Assembly (NCBI GenBank): GCA_032654565.1
Contig: JAULAX010000015.1
Span: forward strand, 736,001-800,000
Reading direction: 5' to 3'
Length of the DNA stretch: 64,000 nucleotides
Source of the DNA: Anaeromyxobacteraceae bacterium
Lineage (GTDB): Bacteria; Myxococcota; Myxococcia; Myxococcales; Anaeromyxobacteraceae
The notes below the pieces were generated by a model, which was not told the DNA's origin, searched no databases, and saw only the letters and a program-made list of their open reading frames with translations. The position numbers were made by a program, and so were the translations under genes. Positions 29,143 through 38,858 of the stretch are shown in pieces (positions within the stretch are counted from its first letter, which is position 1; every line of letters starts with the position of its first letter).

Positions 29143-31165
29143 CCGGCAGCACCATGGCGTTGAGCCCGCCGAACTGGAGCCGGCGCTGCAGCTGGTAGGC
29201 GGTCTCGTTGTGCAGCAGCCGCTGGAAGATCCTCTCCCGCTCGAAGATCAGCTTGCCGGCGAAGAAGACGGCGCGCGGGAAGTCGGCCGCCACCTCCAGG
29301 CAGAGCCGCTCCGCCACCACCACCGCCTCGGTGCCGATGTCCATGCGGTAGTCGGCGGCCAGCCCGAGCCGGTGGGCCGCCTCGACGTACTGCTGCAGGG
29401 CGGTCTCGGTCTGCAGCCTGACCCGGTCGACCTCCTCGACCCCCTTCATGGTGGCCGAGTCGACCACGCCCACCGAGACGAAGAGGAAGTTCCTGAAGTG
29501 CTCGCCGAAGATCCGCTTCACGGTGAGCAGCTGGTGGATGCCGAGGCCGCCGTAGCCGCCCACCAGCAGCACCGCGGTCGGGGCCCCGGGGTCGACCACC
29601 GGGTTGGGCTTGCCGGTGTGGGTCGGCAGCGCCGCCATGATGGCGTCGAGCCGCCGCAGGTTGGCCTGCACGGTGGCGTAGTGGCGCTGGATGACCAGGC
29701 AGAGCACCACCAGCAGGCTGGTGACCAGGATGGTCATCCAGCCCCCCTCGGCCCCCTTCTCGTAGATGGTGCCGCCGAGGATGGAGAGGCAGAGGGTGAG
29801 CGCCACGCCGTGGATGAGCAGGCCGCGCTTGCGGCCGAGGTCGTCCTTCTGGATCCAGTACTTCACCATGGCCAGCTGCGAGAGCGAGAAGGTGAGGAAG
29901 ACGTTGATCGAGTACATGGTCACCAGCGCGGTGATGTCGCCGCGGGTGTAGACCAGCGTCACCAGCGAGGCGCCGCCCATGAGCACCACCCCGTCGCGCA
30001 TGGTGAGCCGGTCGGAGAGCTGGGCGAAGCGGTGTGGCAGCCAGGAGTCGGCGGCCATGTTGGACATGACCCGCGGGCCGTCGATGAACCCGGCCTGGGC
30101 GGCCACGAAGAGCAGGGCCGCCTCGGCCACCAGCGTCACCACCAGGAAGCCGTGGCCGACGTGCAGGCCACCCACGCTCCAGGAGGCGGTGATGCGCTCC
30201 AGCAGCACGGCGTTGAGCGTCTTCCCCTCCTCGGGGATCACGTGGAAGAGCAGGTAGAGGACCAGGATGCCGCCGGCGGTGAGCGCCAGCGAGACGGCCA
30301 TGTAGGCCATGGTCCGCTGCGCCGTCTTCACCTTGGGCTCGCGCATGATCTGGAGGCCGTTGGAGACCGCCTCGATGCCGGTGTAGGTGCCGCCGCCCAT
30401 CGAGTAGGCCTTGACGAAGATGGCCAGCAGCCCGACCAGGCCGACCTGGGCGTGGGAGGCGCGCAGCCCCTCGGTCACCTCGGCCGCCACCTGGGGGACC
30501 TCGCCGAGGTGCGAGCCGATGCCGCCGAAGATGATGATGGCGTGGGTGAGCAGGAAGAGGCCGAAGATGGGGGCGAGGATCGAGACCGACTCCTTGACGC
30601 CGCGCAGGTTGAGCACCACCAGCAGCAGGATGGCGGCCGCGGCCACGCTCAGCTTCCAGGCGTGCCAGGCCGGCGGCAGGAAGCTGAAGATGGCGTCGGC
30701 GCCGGAGGCCGCCGAGACCGAGATGGTGAGGATGTAGTCGACCAGCAGCGCCGAGCCGGAGACCAGGCCGGCCCTGGGCCCGAGCAGGCGGGAGGCCACC
30801 ACGTAGCCGCCGCCGCCGAAGGGGAAGTGCTTGATGATCTGCGAGTAGGCGACCGAGATGATGAGCACGGTCACGCCGGTGGCCAGGGCCAGGAAGATGG
30901 CCAGCGAGCGGTGGTCGCCGAGCGCCCGGAAGGCCTCGTCGGGGCCGTAGGCCGAGGAGGAGAGACCGTCGGCGCCGAGGCCGACCCAGGCCAGCAGCGC
31001 GATCAGCGACATCGAGTGGTAGGTGTGCGGGTCCTCGAAGTCGCGCGGCGCGCCGAAGACCACCCGCTTCATGCGGCCGAACAGGCCGGTCGGCTCCGGC
31101 GGGGGGTGGTGGGACGTGGAGCTCGGGTGGCTCCCGTCGGGTGGCTTGCCGGTGGCGTCGGTCAT
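29114..31165 (-). CDS. APC-family permease, KimA/YdaO-like K+ transporter
   Basis: ADGLSSSAYGPDE, YSQII..FP.GGGGY.VA, ALLVDYILT, TGIEAVSNG, YSINVFLTFSLSQ; ATG 31165 with SD GAGGAG. Confidence 0.85.
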   Translation of the reverse strand: MTDATGKPPDGSHPSSTSHHPPPEPTGLFGRMKRVVFGAPRDFEDPHTYHSMSLIALLAWVGLGADGLSSSAYGPDEAFRALGDHRSLAIFLALATGVTVLIISVAYSQIIKHFPFGGGGYVVASRLLGPRAGLVSGSALLVDYILTISVSAASGADAIFSFLPPAWHAWKLSVAAAAILLLVVLNLRGVKESVSILAPIFGLFLLTHAIIIFGGIGSHLGEVPQVAAEVTEGLRASHAQVGLVGLLAIFVKAYSMGGGTYTGIEAVSNGLQIMREPKVKTAQRTMAYMAVSLALTAGGILVLYLLFHVIPEEGKTLNAVLLERITASWSVGGLHVGHGFLVVTLVAEAALLFVAAQAGFIDGPRVMSNMAADSWLPHRFAQLSDRLTMRDGVVLMGGASLVTLVYTRGDITALVTMYSINVFLTFSLSQLAMVKYWIQKDDLGRKRGLLIHGVALTLCLSILGGTIYEKGAEGGWMTILVTSLLVVLCLVIQRHYATVQANLRRLDAIMAALPTHTGKPNPVVDPGAPTAVLLVGGYGGLGIHQLLTVKRIFGEHFRNFLFVSVGVVDSATMKGVEEVDRVRLQTETALQQYVEAAHRLGLAADYRMDIGTEAVVVAERLCLEVAADFPRAVFFAGKLIFERERIFQRLLHNETAYQLQRRLQFGGLNAMVLPVRVMDERPA

Positions 31166-31204
31166 CTGCGCTCCTCGAAGGCGGCGGAAGCTAGCACCAC
31201 CGCG

Positions 31205-31313
31205 CCAATTAGCAAGGCATGCCCCGCCAATCATGACCAATAGGGGACCAATCGAGATTGATCCTTGATTGCAGGCTGCAGCGGCCGGCGGGCCCGGGAT
31301 TGCAGAATCCAAT
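31205..31313. promoter_or_regulatory. AT-richer divergent promoter region with repeated CCAAT/GATTG motifs
   Basis: CCAAT at 31205, 31227, 31237, 31248, 31309; GATTG at 31256, 31267, 31298; palindrome CAATCGAGATTG 31249-31260. Confidence 0.55.
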
Positions 31314-31417
31314 GGGGTCCCCGGGACCGGGGCCGCAAGCGCCCGTGATCCGGCCGGGTGGTCATGGCCGGCGGCGTGCAGCCTCCCCCCCTCACCACGC
31401 CTCGACCGGGGTACCAC

Positions 31418-31573
31418 ATGCTCGACCTCATCCTGCTCCTCAGCGGGCCGGCGTTCCTGGCCGGCTCCGTCGCCCTCGCCCTCTGGACCGACTGGCGCGA
31501 GGGACGCGCTGGCGGGCCGGCCGGGCTGGAGCCGGCGCGCCGCGAGCGGCCGAGGCCGCGGCTGGTACGATAG
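31418..31573 (+). CDS. Small membrane peptide (51 aa) upstream of sensor kinase
   Basis: MLDLILLLSGPAFLAGSVALALWTDW..., GC3-rich, stop 3 nt before kinase ATG. Confidence 0.55.
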   Translation: MLDLILLLSGPAFLAGSVALALWTDWREGRAGGPAGLEPARRERPRPRLVR

Positions 31574-31576
31574 GGC

Positions 31577-33424
31577 ATGACCCTCAGGGGCAAGCTCCTC
31601 GCCACCCAGGCCGCGATGGTGGCCACGCTGGTGGTGGTCGGTGCGCTGGCCATCAGCGGCGTCCGCTCGCTGGGCAGCTCTGCGGGGCGCATGCTCGAGG
31701 ACAACTACCGGAGCGTCCAGGCCGCCGAGCGGATGAAGGAGGCCCTGGAGCGGCTCGACCGGTCGGCCCTCCTCCGGGCCGCCGCAGAGCCGGGGCGAGC
31801 GGACGCACTGGCCGCCGAGGACCGGGCCGCCTTCGAGCGCGAGCTGCTGGTCCAGGAGGGGAACGTCACCGAGCGCGGTGAGGCCGAGGCGACGGAGCGC
31901 CTGCGCGGCGCCTGGACCGCCTTCGCCAGGGCGCTCTCGGGGTTCGAGGCGGGGGCCTCCGGGCCGGCGGTCGCCGGTCGGTACTCCAGCGAGCTGGAGC
32001 CGGCGTTCCGGGCGGCGCGCCAGGCGGCCCAGGTGGTGCTCGACCTCAACCAGTCGGCCATGGTGCGCCGGGCGGCCGAGGCCCGCGAGCAGGCCGCCGA
32101 CCGGACGGCGCTGGTCATCGCCGCCACCGTGGCCGGGGTGCTGGCCGGCACCCTGCTGGCCCTCGGCGCCGCGGCGCGGCTGCTGCGCCCGGTGTCGGCG
32201 CTGGCCGGGGCGGCGCGGCGGATCGCGGCCGGCGACCTCGACGCCCGCGCCCGGGTCGACGGCTCGGACGAGCTGGCGGAGCTGGCCGGGGAGTTCGACG
32301 CCATGGCCGACCGGATCGCCGAGTATCGACGGAGCTCCCTGGGCGAGCTGCTCCAGGCGCAGGCCGCCCTGCAGGCGGCCATCGACGCCCTCCCGGACCC
32401 GGTGCTGGTGCTCGACCGGGGAGGGCGGATCCAGAACCTCAACCGGGCGGCGGCGGCGGCGCTGGGCCGCGGTGGCGACGAGGCCCGGGAGGCCTCCCTG
32501 GCCGCCCTCCCCGAAGGGCTGCGCACCGGGGTCGAGGCGGTGCTGGCGGCCCGGCTGGCCGGGCGAGACGATCCGGCCGGGCAAGGGCTCGAGGCGGCGG
32601 TGCGCTGGGACGGACCCGAGGGGTCGCGCTGGCTCCTGCCCCGCGGCTCGGCGCTCCGGGGAGAGCGGGGCTCGGTGAGCGGGGCGGCGATCCTCCTGCA
32701 GGACGTGACCCGGCTGCGCCGCGTGGACCAGCTCAAGAACGACCTGGTGGCCACGGTGGCCCATGAGCTGCGGACCCCGCTCACCTCCTTGCGGATGGCC
32801 GTGCTGCTCAGCCTCGACGGCACGGCCGGGCCGGTCAGCGCCAGGCAGGCCGAGCTGCTCCAGGCGGCCCGCCAGGACTGCGAGCGGCTCCAGGCGACCG
32901 TGGACGACCTGCTCGACCTGACCCGGATCCAGTCCGGCCGCCTCGAGCTGGTGCGCCGGCCGGTCGAGGTCGGCACGCTGCTGGAGGAGGCCCGGAGCGC
33001 CTCGCGGGAGCTCGCCGCCGCGGCAGGGGTGGCCGTGGTGGTCCGCGACGGCGACGGGGCGCCGGTCGAGGTCGATCCGGAGCGGATCGCCCTGGTGCTC
33101 TCCAACCTTGTGGGGAACGCGCTCCGCCACACCCCGGCCGGCGGTACCTTGACCCTGTCCGCCGTGGCCGAGGGGGGTGGCGTCCGGTTCGAGGTCGAGG
33201 ACACCGGCGCCGGCATCGCCGCCGAGTACCTGCCGCGCCTCTTCGAGCGCTTCTTCAGCGTTCCGGGAGCGCAGCGGGGCAGCGTCGGGCTCGGGCTCTA
33301 CCTGGTGCGGGAGATCGTCCAGGCCCACGGCGGGGAGGTGGGCGTGGAGAGCGAGCCGGGGCGGGGCAGCCGCTTCTGGTTCAGGCTGCCGCGGCGGGCG
33401 CCCGAGGGCGCGGCGACCTCCTGA
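31577..33424 (+). CDS. HAMP-PAS sensor histidine kinase (KinB-like)
   Basis: TM, DNYRSV.AAERMKEALER.D sensor, HAMP, PAS, VAHELRTPLTS, NLVGNA, GLGLY. Confidence 0.9.
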   Translation: MTLRGKLLATQAAMVATLVVVGALAISGVRSLGSSAGRMLEDNYRSVQAAERMKEALERLDRSALLRAAAEPGRADALAAEDRAAFERELLVQEGNVTERGEAEATERLRGAWTAFARALSGFEAGASGPAVAGRYSSELEPAFRAARQAAQVVLDLNQSAMVRRAAEAREQAADRTALVIAATVAGVLAGTLLALGAAARLLRPVSALAGAARRIAAGDLDARARVDGSDELAELAGEFDAMADRIAEYRRSSLGELLQAQAALQAAIDALPDPVLVLDRGGRIQNLNRAAAAALGRGGDEAREASLAALPEGLRTGVEAVLAARLAGRDDPAGQGLEAAVRWDGPEGSRWLLPRGSALRGERGSVSGAAILLQDVTRLRRVDQLKNDLVATVAHELRTPLTSLRMAVLLSLDGTAGPVSARQAELLQAARQDCERLQATVDDLLDLTRIQSGRLELVRRPVEVGTLLEEARSASRELAAAAGVAVVVRDGDGAPVEVDPERIALVLSNLVGNALRHTPAGGTLTLSAVAEGGGVRFEVEDTGAGIAAEYLPRLFERFFSVPGAQRGSVGLGLYLVREIVQAHGGEVGVESEPGRGSRFWFRLPRRAPEGAATS

Positions 33425-34783
33425 TCAGCGCCCCAGCCGCTTCCGCTTTCGCCAGAGGGTCGAGGTGTCGATGCCCAGGACGCGGGCCGCCTCCTCCATG
33501 GTCGGCACCCGAGCCAGCACGCGGAGCAGGTGCTCGCGCTCGATCTCCTCGACGCTGAAGTCCCCCCCCAGCACCGGCACCGCCGAGACCCGCTGACGCA
33601 GCCGCTCGGGGAGGGCCTCGAGGTCGAGCAGGCGGGAGGTGGAGAGGATGGTGGCGCGCTCCATGACGTTGCGCAGCTCCCGGACGTTCCCCGGCCAGGG
33701 GTAGGCCGCCAGGGCCCGCGCGGCCGCTTCGCTGAGCTCGGCCGCGGGGCGGCGCGCCGCCTGGGCGAAGAAGGCCAGGAAGCGCCCGGCCAGGGGGAGG
33801 ATGTCCTCGGGCCGGTCCCGCAGGGGGGGGACGATCACCTCGACCACGTTGAGCCGGTAGAGCAGGTCCTCCCTGAAGCGCCCCGACTTGACCTCGGCCT
33901 CGAGGTCGCGGTTGGTGGCGGCGACGATGCGGACGTCGGCGCTCCGGGTCCTGTTCTCGCCGACCCGCTCGAAGGCCTTCTCCTGCAGGAAGCGGAGCAG
34001 CTTGGCCTGGAGACCCGGCGAGATCTCCCCGACCTCGTCGAGGAAGATGGTGCCGCCCTCGGCCGCCTCGACGCGCCCCGGCTGGTCGCGGACGGCCCCG
34101 GTGAAGGCCCCCCGGGCATGGCCGAAGAGCTCGCTGGCCAGGAGCTCGTCGGTGAGGGTCGGGCAGTTGACCACCACCAGGGGCCTGCTCCGCCGAGGCG
34201 AGACGCCGTGGATGAGGCGGGCCAGGACTCCCTTGCCGGTGCCGTTCTCTCCGCGAAGCAGCACCGCCACCTCCGAGGCGGCGGCCCGCTGCACCACCTC
34301 CAGGACGGCGCGCATCCTCGGCGAGGCGGTGTCGAGCGAGACCTCGGGGGCGGCCTCGCCGAGGCGCGACTCGAGCTCAACGACCCGGGCCACCTCGATG
34401 CGCCGGGCCACCAGCCGCTCGACGACCAGCCGGATCTGGCCTGGGGTGAAGGGCTTGGGGAGGTAGTCGGCGGCGCCGCGCTTGACGGCCTCCACGGCGG
34501 TGTCGAAGGTGGCGAAGGCCGTGATGACGACCACGTCGAGGCCAGGGCGCTCCGCCAGCAGGCGTGGCAGCAGGTCCAGGCCGAGCTCCTCGCCGAGGCG
34601 CAGGTCGAGGAAGGCGAGGTCGAAGGGGGCGTGGCGCAGGGCCTCGAGGGCGGCGTCACCGGTGGAGGCCTGGGCCACCCGGCACCCCAGCCCCTCCAGG
34701 CAGAGCGCCAGCGTGGCCCGGATGTTCTTCTCGTCGTCGATGACGAGCGCGCGCGGCGGGAGCGGGCGGGGCGGCTCGACCAT
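33425..34783 (-). CDS. Sigma54-dependent response regulator (AlgB/NtrC family)
   Basis: REC (IDDE, DLRL, K), GENGTGKG, ELFGHARGAFTGA, FLDEVGE, WPGNVREL, HTH LGIDTSTLWRK. Confidence 0.93.
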   Translation of the reverse strand: MVEPPRPLPPRALVIDDEKNIRATLALCLEGLGCRVAQASTGDAALEALRHAPFDLAFLDLRLGEELGLDLLPRLLAERPGLDVVVITAFATFDTAVEAVKRGAADYLPKPFTPGQIRLVVERLVARRIEVARVVELESRLGEAAPEVSLDTASPRMRAVLEVVQRAAASEVAVLLRGENGTGKGVLARLIHGVSPRRSRPLVVVNCPTLTDELLASELFGHARGAFTGAVRDQPGRVEAAEGGTIFLDEVGEISPGLQAKLLRFLQEKAFERVGENRTRSADVRIVAATNRDLEAEVKSGRFREDLLYRLNVVEVIVPPLRDRPEDILPLAGRFLAFFAQAARRPAAELSEAAARALAAYPWPGNVRELRNVMERATILSTSRLLDLEALPERLRQRVSAVPVLGGDFSVEEIEREHLLRVLARVPTMEEAARVLGIDTSTLWRKRKRLGR

Positions 34784-34786
34784 GGC

Positions 34787-35950
34787 TCAAAGCCGGTAGC
34801 GCAGCAGGTGGATCTCCAGCGGCCCGTTCCAGAGCCGGTGGTCGATCTCCGCCTTGCGCGAGAGCGCCTGCTGCAGCAGCGGGTTGCCGGAGAGCAGCAC
34901 CGCGCTCCAGCCCGGGTGGCGCTCCAGCAGCTCGGCCAGCAGCCGGTAGAAGCCGACCAGCTTGCGCTCCTGGGTGCGGGCCGCCGAGCGCGCCTCGGGG
35001 CCGTCCTCCTCGGCGATGAGCCGCTCGCCGTAGGGCGGGTTCATGCAGAGCGTGCCGGCCTCGCCGCGGGGCGAGAGGTCACGCACGTTGGCCTGCTCGA
35101 TCACCAGGTCGCCGGCCACCCCGGCCAGGTGGGCGTTGCGCCGGCAGGCGTCGATGGCCTTGGGGTGGAAGTCGGAGGCGAAGATGGGGGCCGGCAGCGA
35201 CGGCAGCACCGCGGCGCGCGCCTGGCCGCGCAGCTTGTCCCAGCGCGACTGCAGCTCGTCGCGGTAGCAGGTCCAGCGCTGGAAGGCGAAGGAGCGGTCC
35301 AGCCCCGGGGCGATGCAGCGGGCCCGCAGCGCCTGCTCGATGGCCAGCGTCCCCGACCCGCAGAGCGGATCGACGAAGGGCAGCCCGGTCTCGATGCGCC
35401 CCAGCAGCAGCACCGCCGCCGCCAGCGTCTCCTTGAGCGGGGCCACGCTGGTGGTGGTGCGCCAGCCGCGCTTGTGGAGCGGCTCGCCGGCCAGGTCGAG
35501 CGAGAGCGTCCCCTGGCCGCCGTCGAGGTGGAGCACGATGGGGACGTCGGGGTTCCGGGTGTCGACGTCGGGCCGGGCCCCCAGCTTGTCGCGGAGCTGG
35601 TCGACCACGCCGTCCTTCACCTTGAGCGCCGCGAAGCCGGTGTGGGTGACCCCGGGGGCGACGCCGGTGGCCTCCACCGCCAGGGTGGTCTTCTCGGTGA
35701 GCCAGGGGGTCCAGTCGACGCCGCGGGCCGCCTCGTAGAGGTCGTCGGCGCCGCCCACCGGGAACTCGGCCAGCTCCAGCAGCACCCGCATGGCGGTGCG
35801 CGAGTGGAGGCAGGCCTTGGCGCCGTGCTCCAGCTTCCCCTCGAAGTGGACGCCGCCGCGGCCGCCGCGCACCGCCGGCAGCTTGAGGGCCGACAGCTCC
35901 TGGCGCAGCGCCCCCTCGGTCCCCTTGCTGCACGTGGCGAAGAAGCGCAT
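34787..35950 (-). CDS. THUMP-domain RNA m2G methyltransferase (RlmL-like)
   Basis: FFATCSKGTE, ALKVKDGVVD, LHKRGWR, APLKETLAA, DPLCGSGT, NPPYGERL. Confidence 0.88.
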   Translation of the reverse strand: MRFFATCSKGTEGALRQELSALKLPAVRGGRGGVHFEGKLEHGAKACLHSRTAMRVLLELAEFPVGGADDLYEAARGVDWTPWLTEKTTLAVEATGVAPGVTHTGFAALKVKDGVVDQLRDKLGARPDVDTRNPDVPIVLHLDGGQGTLSLDLAGEPLHKRGWRTTTSVAPLKETLAAAVLLLGRIETGLPFVDPLCGSGTLAIEQALRARCIAPGLDRSFAFQRWTCYRDELQSRWDKLRGQARAAVLPSLPAPIFASDFHPKAIDACRRNAHLAGVAGDLVIEQANVRDLSPRGEAGTLCMNPPYGERLIAEEDGPEARSAARTQERKLVGFYRLLAELLERHPGWSAVLLSGNPLLQQALSRKAEIDHRLWNGPLEIHLLRYRL

Positions 35951-36930
35951 CAGGTCCCCGGGGCAGGCGGTGGTGGGGCGCCGGCCGGGCGGGTCCCGAA
36001 GGTGCCGGCCCGGATCGAGCCGCGGTTGGTGCGCTTGGCCTCGTACATCAGCTCGTCGCCGCGGGCCAGCAGGTCGTCGAACTGGCTGGGGGCCTCGAGG
36101 AAGGTGGCCACGCCGATGGAGAAGCCGACCCGCCAGCCGTGGTGCTCCACCGCCGCCAGCAGGTTGAGCCGGACCCGCGCCAGCAGCGCCACCGCCGCGG
36201 CCGCCTCGGTCTCGTGCATGAGCAGGCCGAACTCGTCGCCGCCCAGCCGCGACAGGGCGTCGGTGGTGCGGGTCGAGGCCCGCAGCGCCTGGGCCACCAC
36301 CACCAGCAGGGCGTCCCCCTCGCGGTGCCCCCTCGAATCGTTGATGTGCTTGAACCCGTCGCAGTCGAGGTAGGCGAAGGAGAGGGGGCGGCCGGTGCGG
36401 CGGGCCCGCTCCAGCTCCAGGGTGGCCACCTCGCCGAAGGCGCGGCGGTTGGGCAGCCCGGTGAGCGGGTCGGTGCGGGCCATCTGCTGCTCCAGCTCGA
36501 GCCGGTCGCGCAGCCCGGTCACCAGCAGCACCAGGGCCACGAAGACGCCCAGCTGGACCATCAGGTTCCAGGCCAGCACGCCCACCGGGAGGGGGGTGCC
36601 GTGCCGGGCGTAGAGGTCGGCGGCGCTCGAGGCGACCGAGGCCAGCACCGAGAGCCCGAACCCCCAGCGGGTCGAGCCCAGCCAGGCGCCGAAGGCGATG
36701 GGGGCCAGGTAGAGCAGGGTGAAGTTGACGTCGGGGCCGGTGAGGACGTCGCCCACGCCGATGCAGAGGATGAGCCCGATGGAGATGAGCACCACCCCGA
36801 TCCGGGAGAGGGCCCCCAGGTCGGCGCCGGCCGGGTCGGCCGGGTCTGCCGGGTCTGCCGGCAGGGGGGCGGCCGAGGACCCCTCGGACCCGGCGCCCGG
36901 CGGCGGCTGGAGCGGGTCCGCTGGGCTCAC
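35950..36930 (-). CDS. Membrane-bound diguanylate cyclase
   Basis: 4 TM, TDPLTGLPNRR, D.DGFK.IND..GH..GD, RTTD I-site, RLGGDEF; start GTG 36930. Confidence 0.9.
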   Translation of the reverse strand: MSPADPLQPPPGAGSEGSSAAPLPADPADPADPAGADLGALSRIGVVLISIGLILCIGVGDVLTGPDVNFTLLYLAPIAFGAWLGSTRWGFGLSVLASVASSAADLYARHGTPLPVGVLAWNLMVQLGVFVALVLLVTGLRDRLELEQQMARTDPLTGLPNRRAFGEVATLELERARRTGRPLSFAYLDCDGFKHINDSRGHREGDALLVVVAQALRASTRTTDALSRLGGDEFGLLMHETEAAAAVALLARVRLNLLAAVEHHGWRVGFSIGVATFLEAPSQFDDLLARGDELMYEAKRTNRGSIRAGTFGTRPAGAPPPPAPGT

Positions 36931-38027
36931 CGGGGGACGCTCGCCTCGAGGCGCCGGTTGGCGGCCCGCCCGCGCGCCGTGAAGTTGGGGACCAGCGGGT
37001 TCTCGCCGCCGCGGCCGGCCACGCCGATCCGCCCGGCCTCGATCCCCAGCTCGACGAGGCGCCGGGCCGCCGCCTGCGCCATGGCCATGGAGAGGCGGGA
37101 GTCGGCGTAGGGATCGGCGGAGGCGTCGACGTACCCCACCAGCCGGACGGTGAGCGCCGGCGCCGCGGCCAGCACCGCCGCCAGGTCGACGAGGCCGGCC
37201 TCGCGCCCCAGGTCGGCGGTGCGCTCCTTGAAGGCCACCTCCTCGAGCGTGACCCGGCCGCGCTCGGAGAGCCGCCGGGCCCAGTCCCGCTGCCGGGCGG
37301 TGCGGAGCGAGGCGGGGACGGTGGCCGCGGGGGCCTCCTCGGCCGGGGTGGTGGCCGCAGGCCTGGCCTGGGCCGCTGCCGGCGGCGGCGGCGGCGGCGG
37401 CGAGACCCACAGGGCCGCGGCGGCGGCGTGGAGCGCCTCGCGCCGCCCCTTGTCGAAGCAGCTCCGCGCCCCCGGCGCCCCGAGGCGGTCGAGGACCGGG
37501 CGGGCCAGGTCGACGACGCTGCGGCGCACCGCCGCCTCGAGCGGCTCTCCCGGGGCCGGCAGCACCGGCGCGCTGCCGGCGAAGACCAGCTCCCGGCTGG
37601 GCGAGAGGATGAGCCGGAGCGTCACCACCATCCCCGGCTCGCGGCCGCGGCCGCGCCCCTCGACGGCGCCGTAGAGCGCGCCGTCCGCCCCCAGCAGCTC
37701 GGCCAGCTCCAGCGCCGTGCCGCCCGAGACGCCCGTCCCCAGCTCCAGCGGCGTGTCGGCCAGCAGGGCGCGCAGCTCGGCGACCGGGAGGAGCTGGGTG
37801 CGGACCGGGTCGACGCTCGCCTCCAGCGCGCTGGTGGCGGCGACGGCGGCCAGCGGCGCATCGGCGGCGCTCTCCACCGGGGCGAGGAGCAGGCAGCGCA
37901 CCCGGGCCAGCTCGGCCTGCCGGACCACGGGGGCGGCGGCGGGCCGCTCGGCGGGCGCGGCGCGGAGGCCGGCGCAGGAGGTGAGCAGGGCGAGGCAGGG
38001 CGAGAGGATGGCCGCGAGGGGGCGCAT
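36927..38027 (-). CDS. Lipoprotein with C-terminal OmpA-like domain
   Basis: LLTSC lipobox; GRGGENPLVPN....GRAANRRLE. Confidence 0.8.
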   Translation of the reverse strand: MRPLAAILSPCLALLTSCAGLRAAPAERPAAAPVVRQAELARVRCLLLAPVESAADAPLAAVAATSALEASVDPVRTQLLPVAELRALLADTPLELGTGVSGGTALELAELLGADGALYGAVEGRGRGREPGMVVTLRLILSPSRELVFAGSAPVLPAPGEPLEAAVRRSVVDLARPVLDRLGAPGARSCFDKGRREALHAAAAALWVSPPPPPPPAAAQARPAATTPAEEAPAATVPASLRTARQRDWARRLSERGRVTLEEVAFKERTADLGREAGLVDLAAVLAAAPALTVRLVGYVDASADPYADSRLSMAMAQAAARRLVELGIEAGRIGVAGRGGENPLVPNFTARGRAANRRLEASVPR

Positions 38028-38094
38028 GGACCCGCCATGGTACCCCGGAGTGCGTGCCGGCGGATCCCCGGGCGGGGCCCCCCCGGGTGACGAC

Positions 38095-38132
38095 GTCACC
38101 CTTCCGTTGCACGGGGGCCACCGTCCTGTCAC
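38095..38132 (+). promoter_or_regulatory. Pho-box-like repeats upstream of phoB
   Basis: GTCAC 38095, GTTGC 38106, GCCAC 38117, GTCAC 38128: exact 11-bp period. Confidence 0.7.
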
Positions 38133-38154
38133 GGTGGCGTGAGGTGATCTGCGC

Positions 38155-38853
38155 GTGACCACGGTTCTCCTCTGCGACGATGAGCGCGACCTCCTCTCGG
38201 TCCTCGACTTCAACCTGCGCGCGGCCGGGTTCGAGACCATCCTCGCCACCCGCGGCGAGGAGGCGCTGCAGGCCCTGCGGCGGCGGGTCCCGGACCTGGT
38301 GCTGCTCGACCTGATGCTGCCGGACCTGCCCGGCACCGAGATCTGCCGGCGCATCAAGGCCGATCCGCGCACCCGTCACGTGCCGGTGGTGATGCTCACC
38401 GCCAAGGGCGAGGAGGTCGACCGGGTGGTCGGCTTCGAGCTGGGGGCCGACGACTACGTCACCAAGCCCTTCAGCGTGCGCGAGCTGGTGCTGCGCCTCA
38501 AGGCGGTGATGCGCCGGGCCGGCGGCGGGCGGGGCGCCGAGCAGCCGCGGCCCCAGGTCGGCCCCATCCGCGTCGACGTCGACTCCCACCGCGCCTTCGT
38601 CGACGGCGTGGCCATGGAGCTGACGCCGCTGGAGTTCCGGCTGCTGACCACCTTCATGGCCCGCCTGGGGCGGGTCCAGTCGCGCGAGCAGCTGCTCGAG
38701 GACGTCTGGGAGATGTCGCCGGAGGTGGAGACCCGGACCGTCGACACCCACGTGAAGCGGCTGCGCGAGAAGCTGGGCGCCGGGCGCGAGCTGCTGGAGA
38801 CGGTCCGCGGCATCGGCTACCGGATGGTCGACCCGGCCGACCAGGGGTCCTAG
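38155..38853 (+). CDS. phoB: OmpR-family response regulator PhoB
   Basis: LDLMLP, LTAKGEEVDRVVGFELGADDYVTKPFS, TRTVDTHVKRLREKL; pst context. Confidence 0.88.
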   Translation: MTTVLLCDDERDLLSVLDFNLRAAGFETILATRGEEALQALRRRVPDLVLLDLMLPDLPGTEICRRIKADPRTRHVPVVMLTAKGEEVDRVVGFELGADDYVTKPFSVRELVLRLKAVMRRAGGGRGAEQPRPQVGPIRVDVDSHRAFVDGVAMELTPLEFRLLTTFMARLGRVQSREQLLEDVWEMSPEVETRTVDTHVKRLREKLGAGRELLETVRGIGYRMVDPADQGS

Positions 38854-38858
38854 GCGCC

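Noticed and set aside
31166..31417. c-di-AMP (ydaO) riboswitch or canonical sigma54 promoter upstream of the KimA-like gene
   Set aside because: No recognisable riboswitch motifs; TTGGCGC..TGC has 9-nt GG-GC spacing and the alternative lacks a good -24 box
36831..36861. 9-nt repeat encoding ADPADPADP in the GGDEF N-terminus
   Set aside because: Short low-complexity linker; no evidence of function
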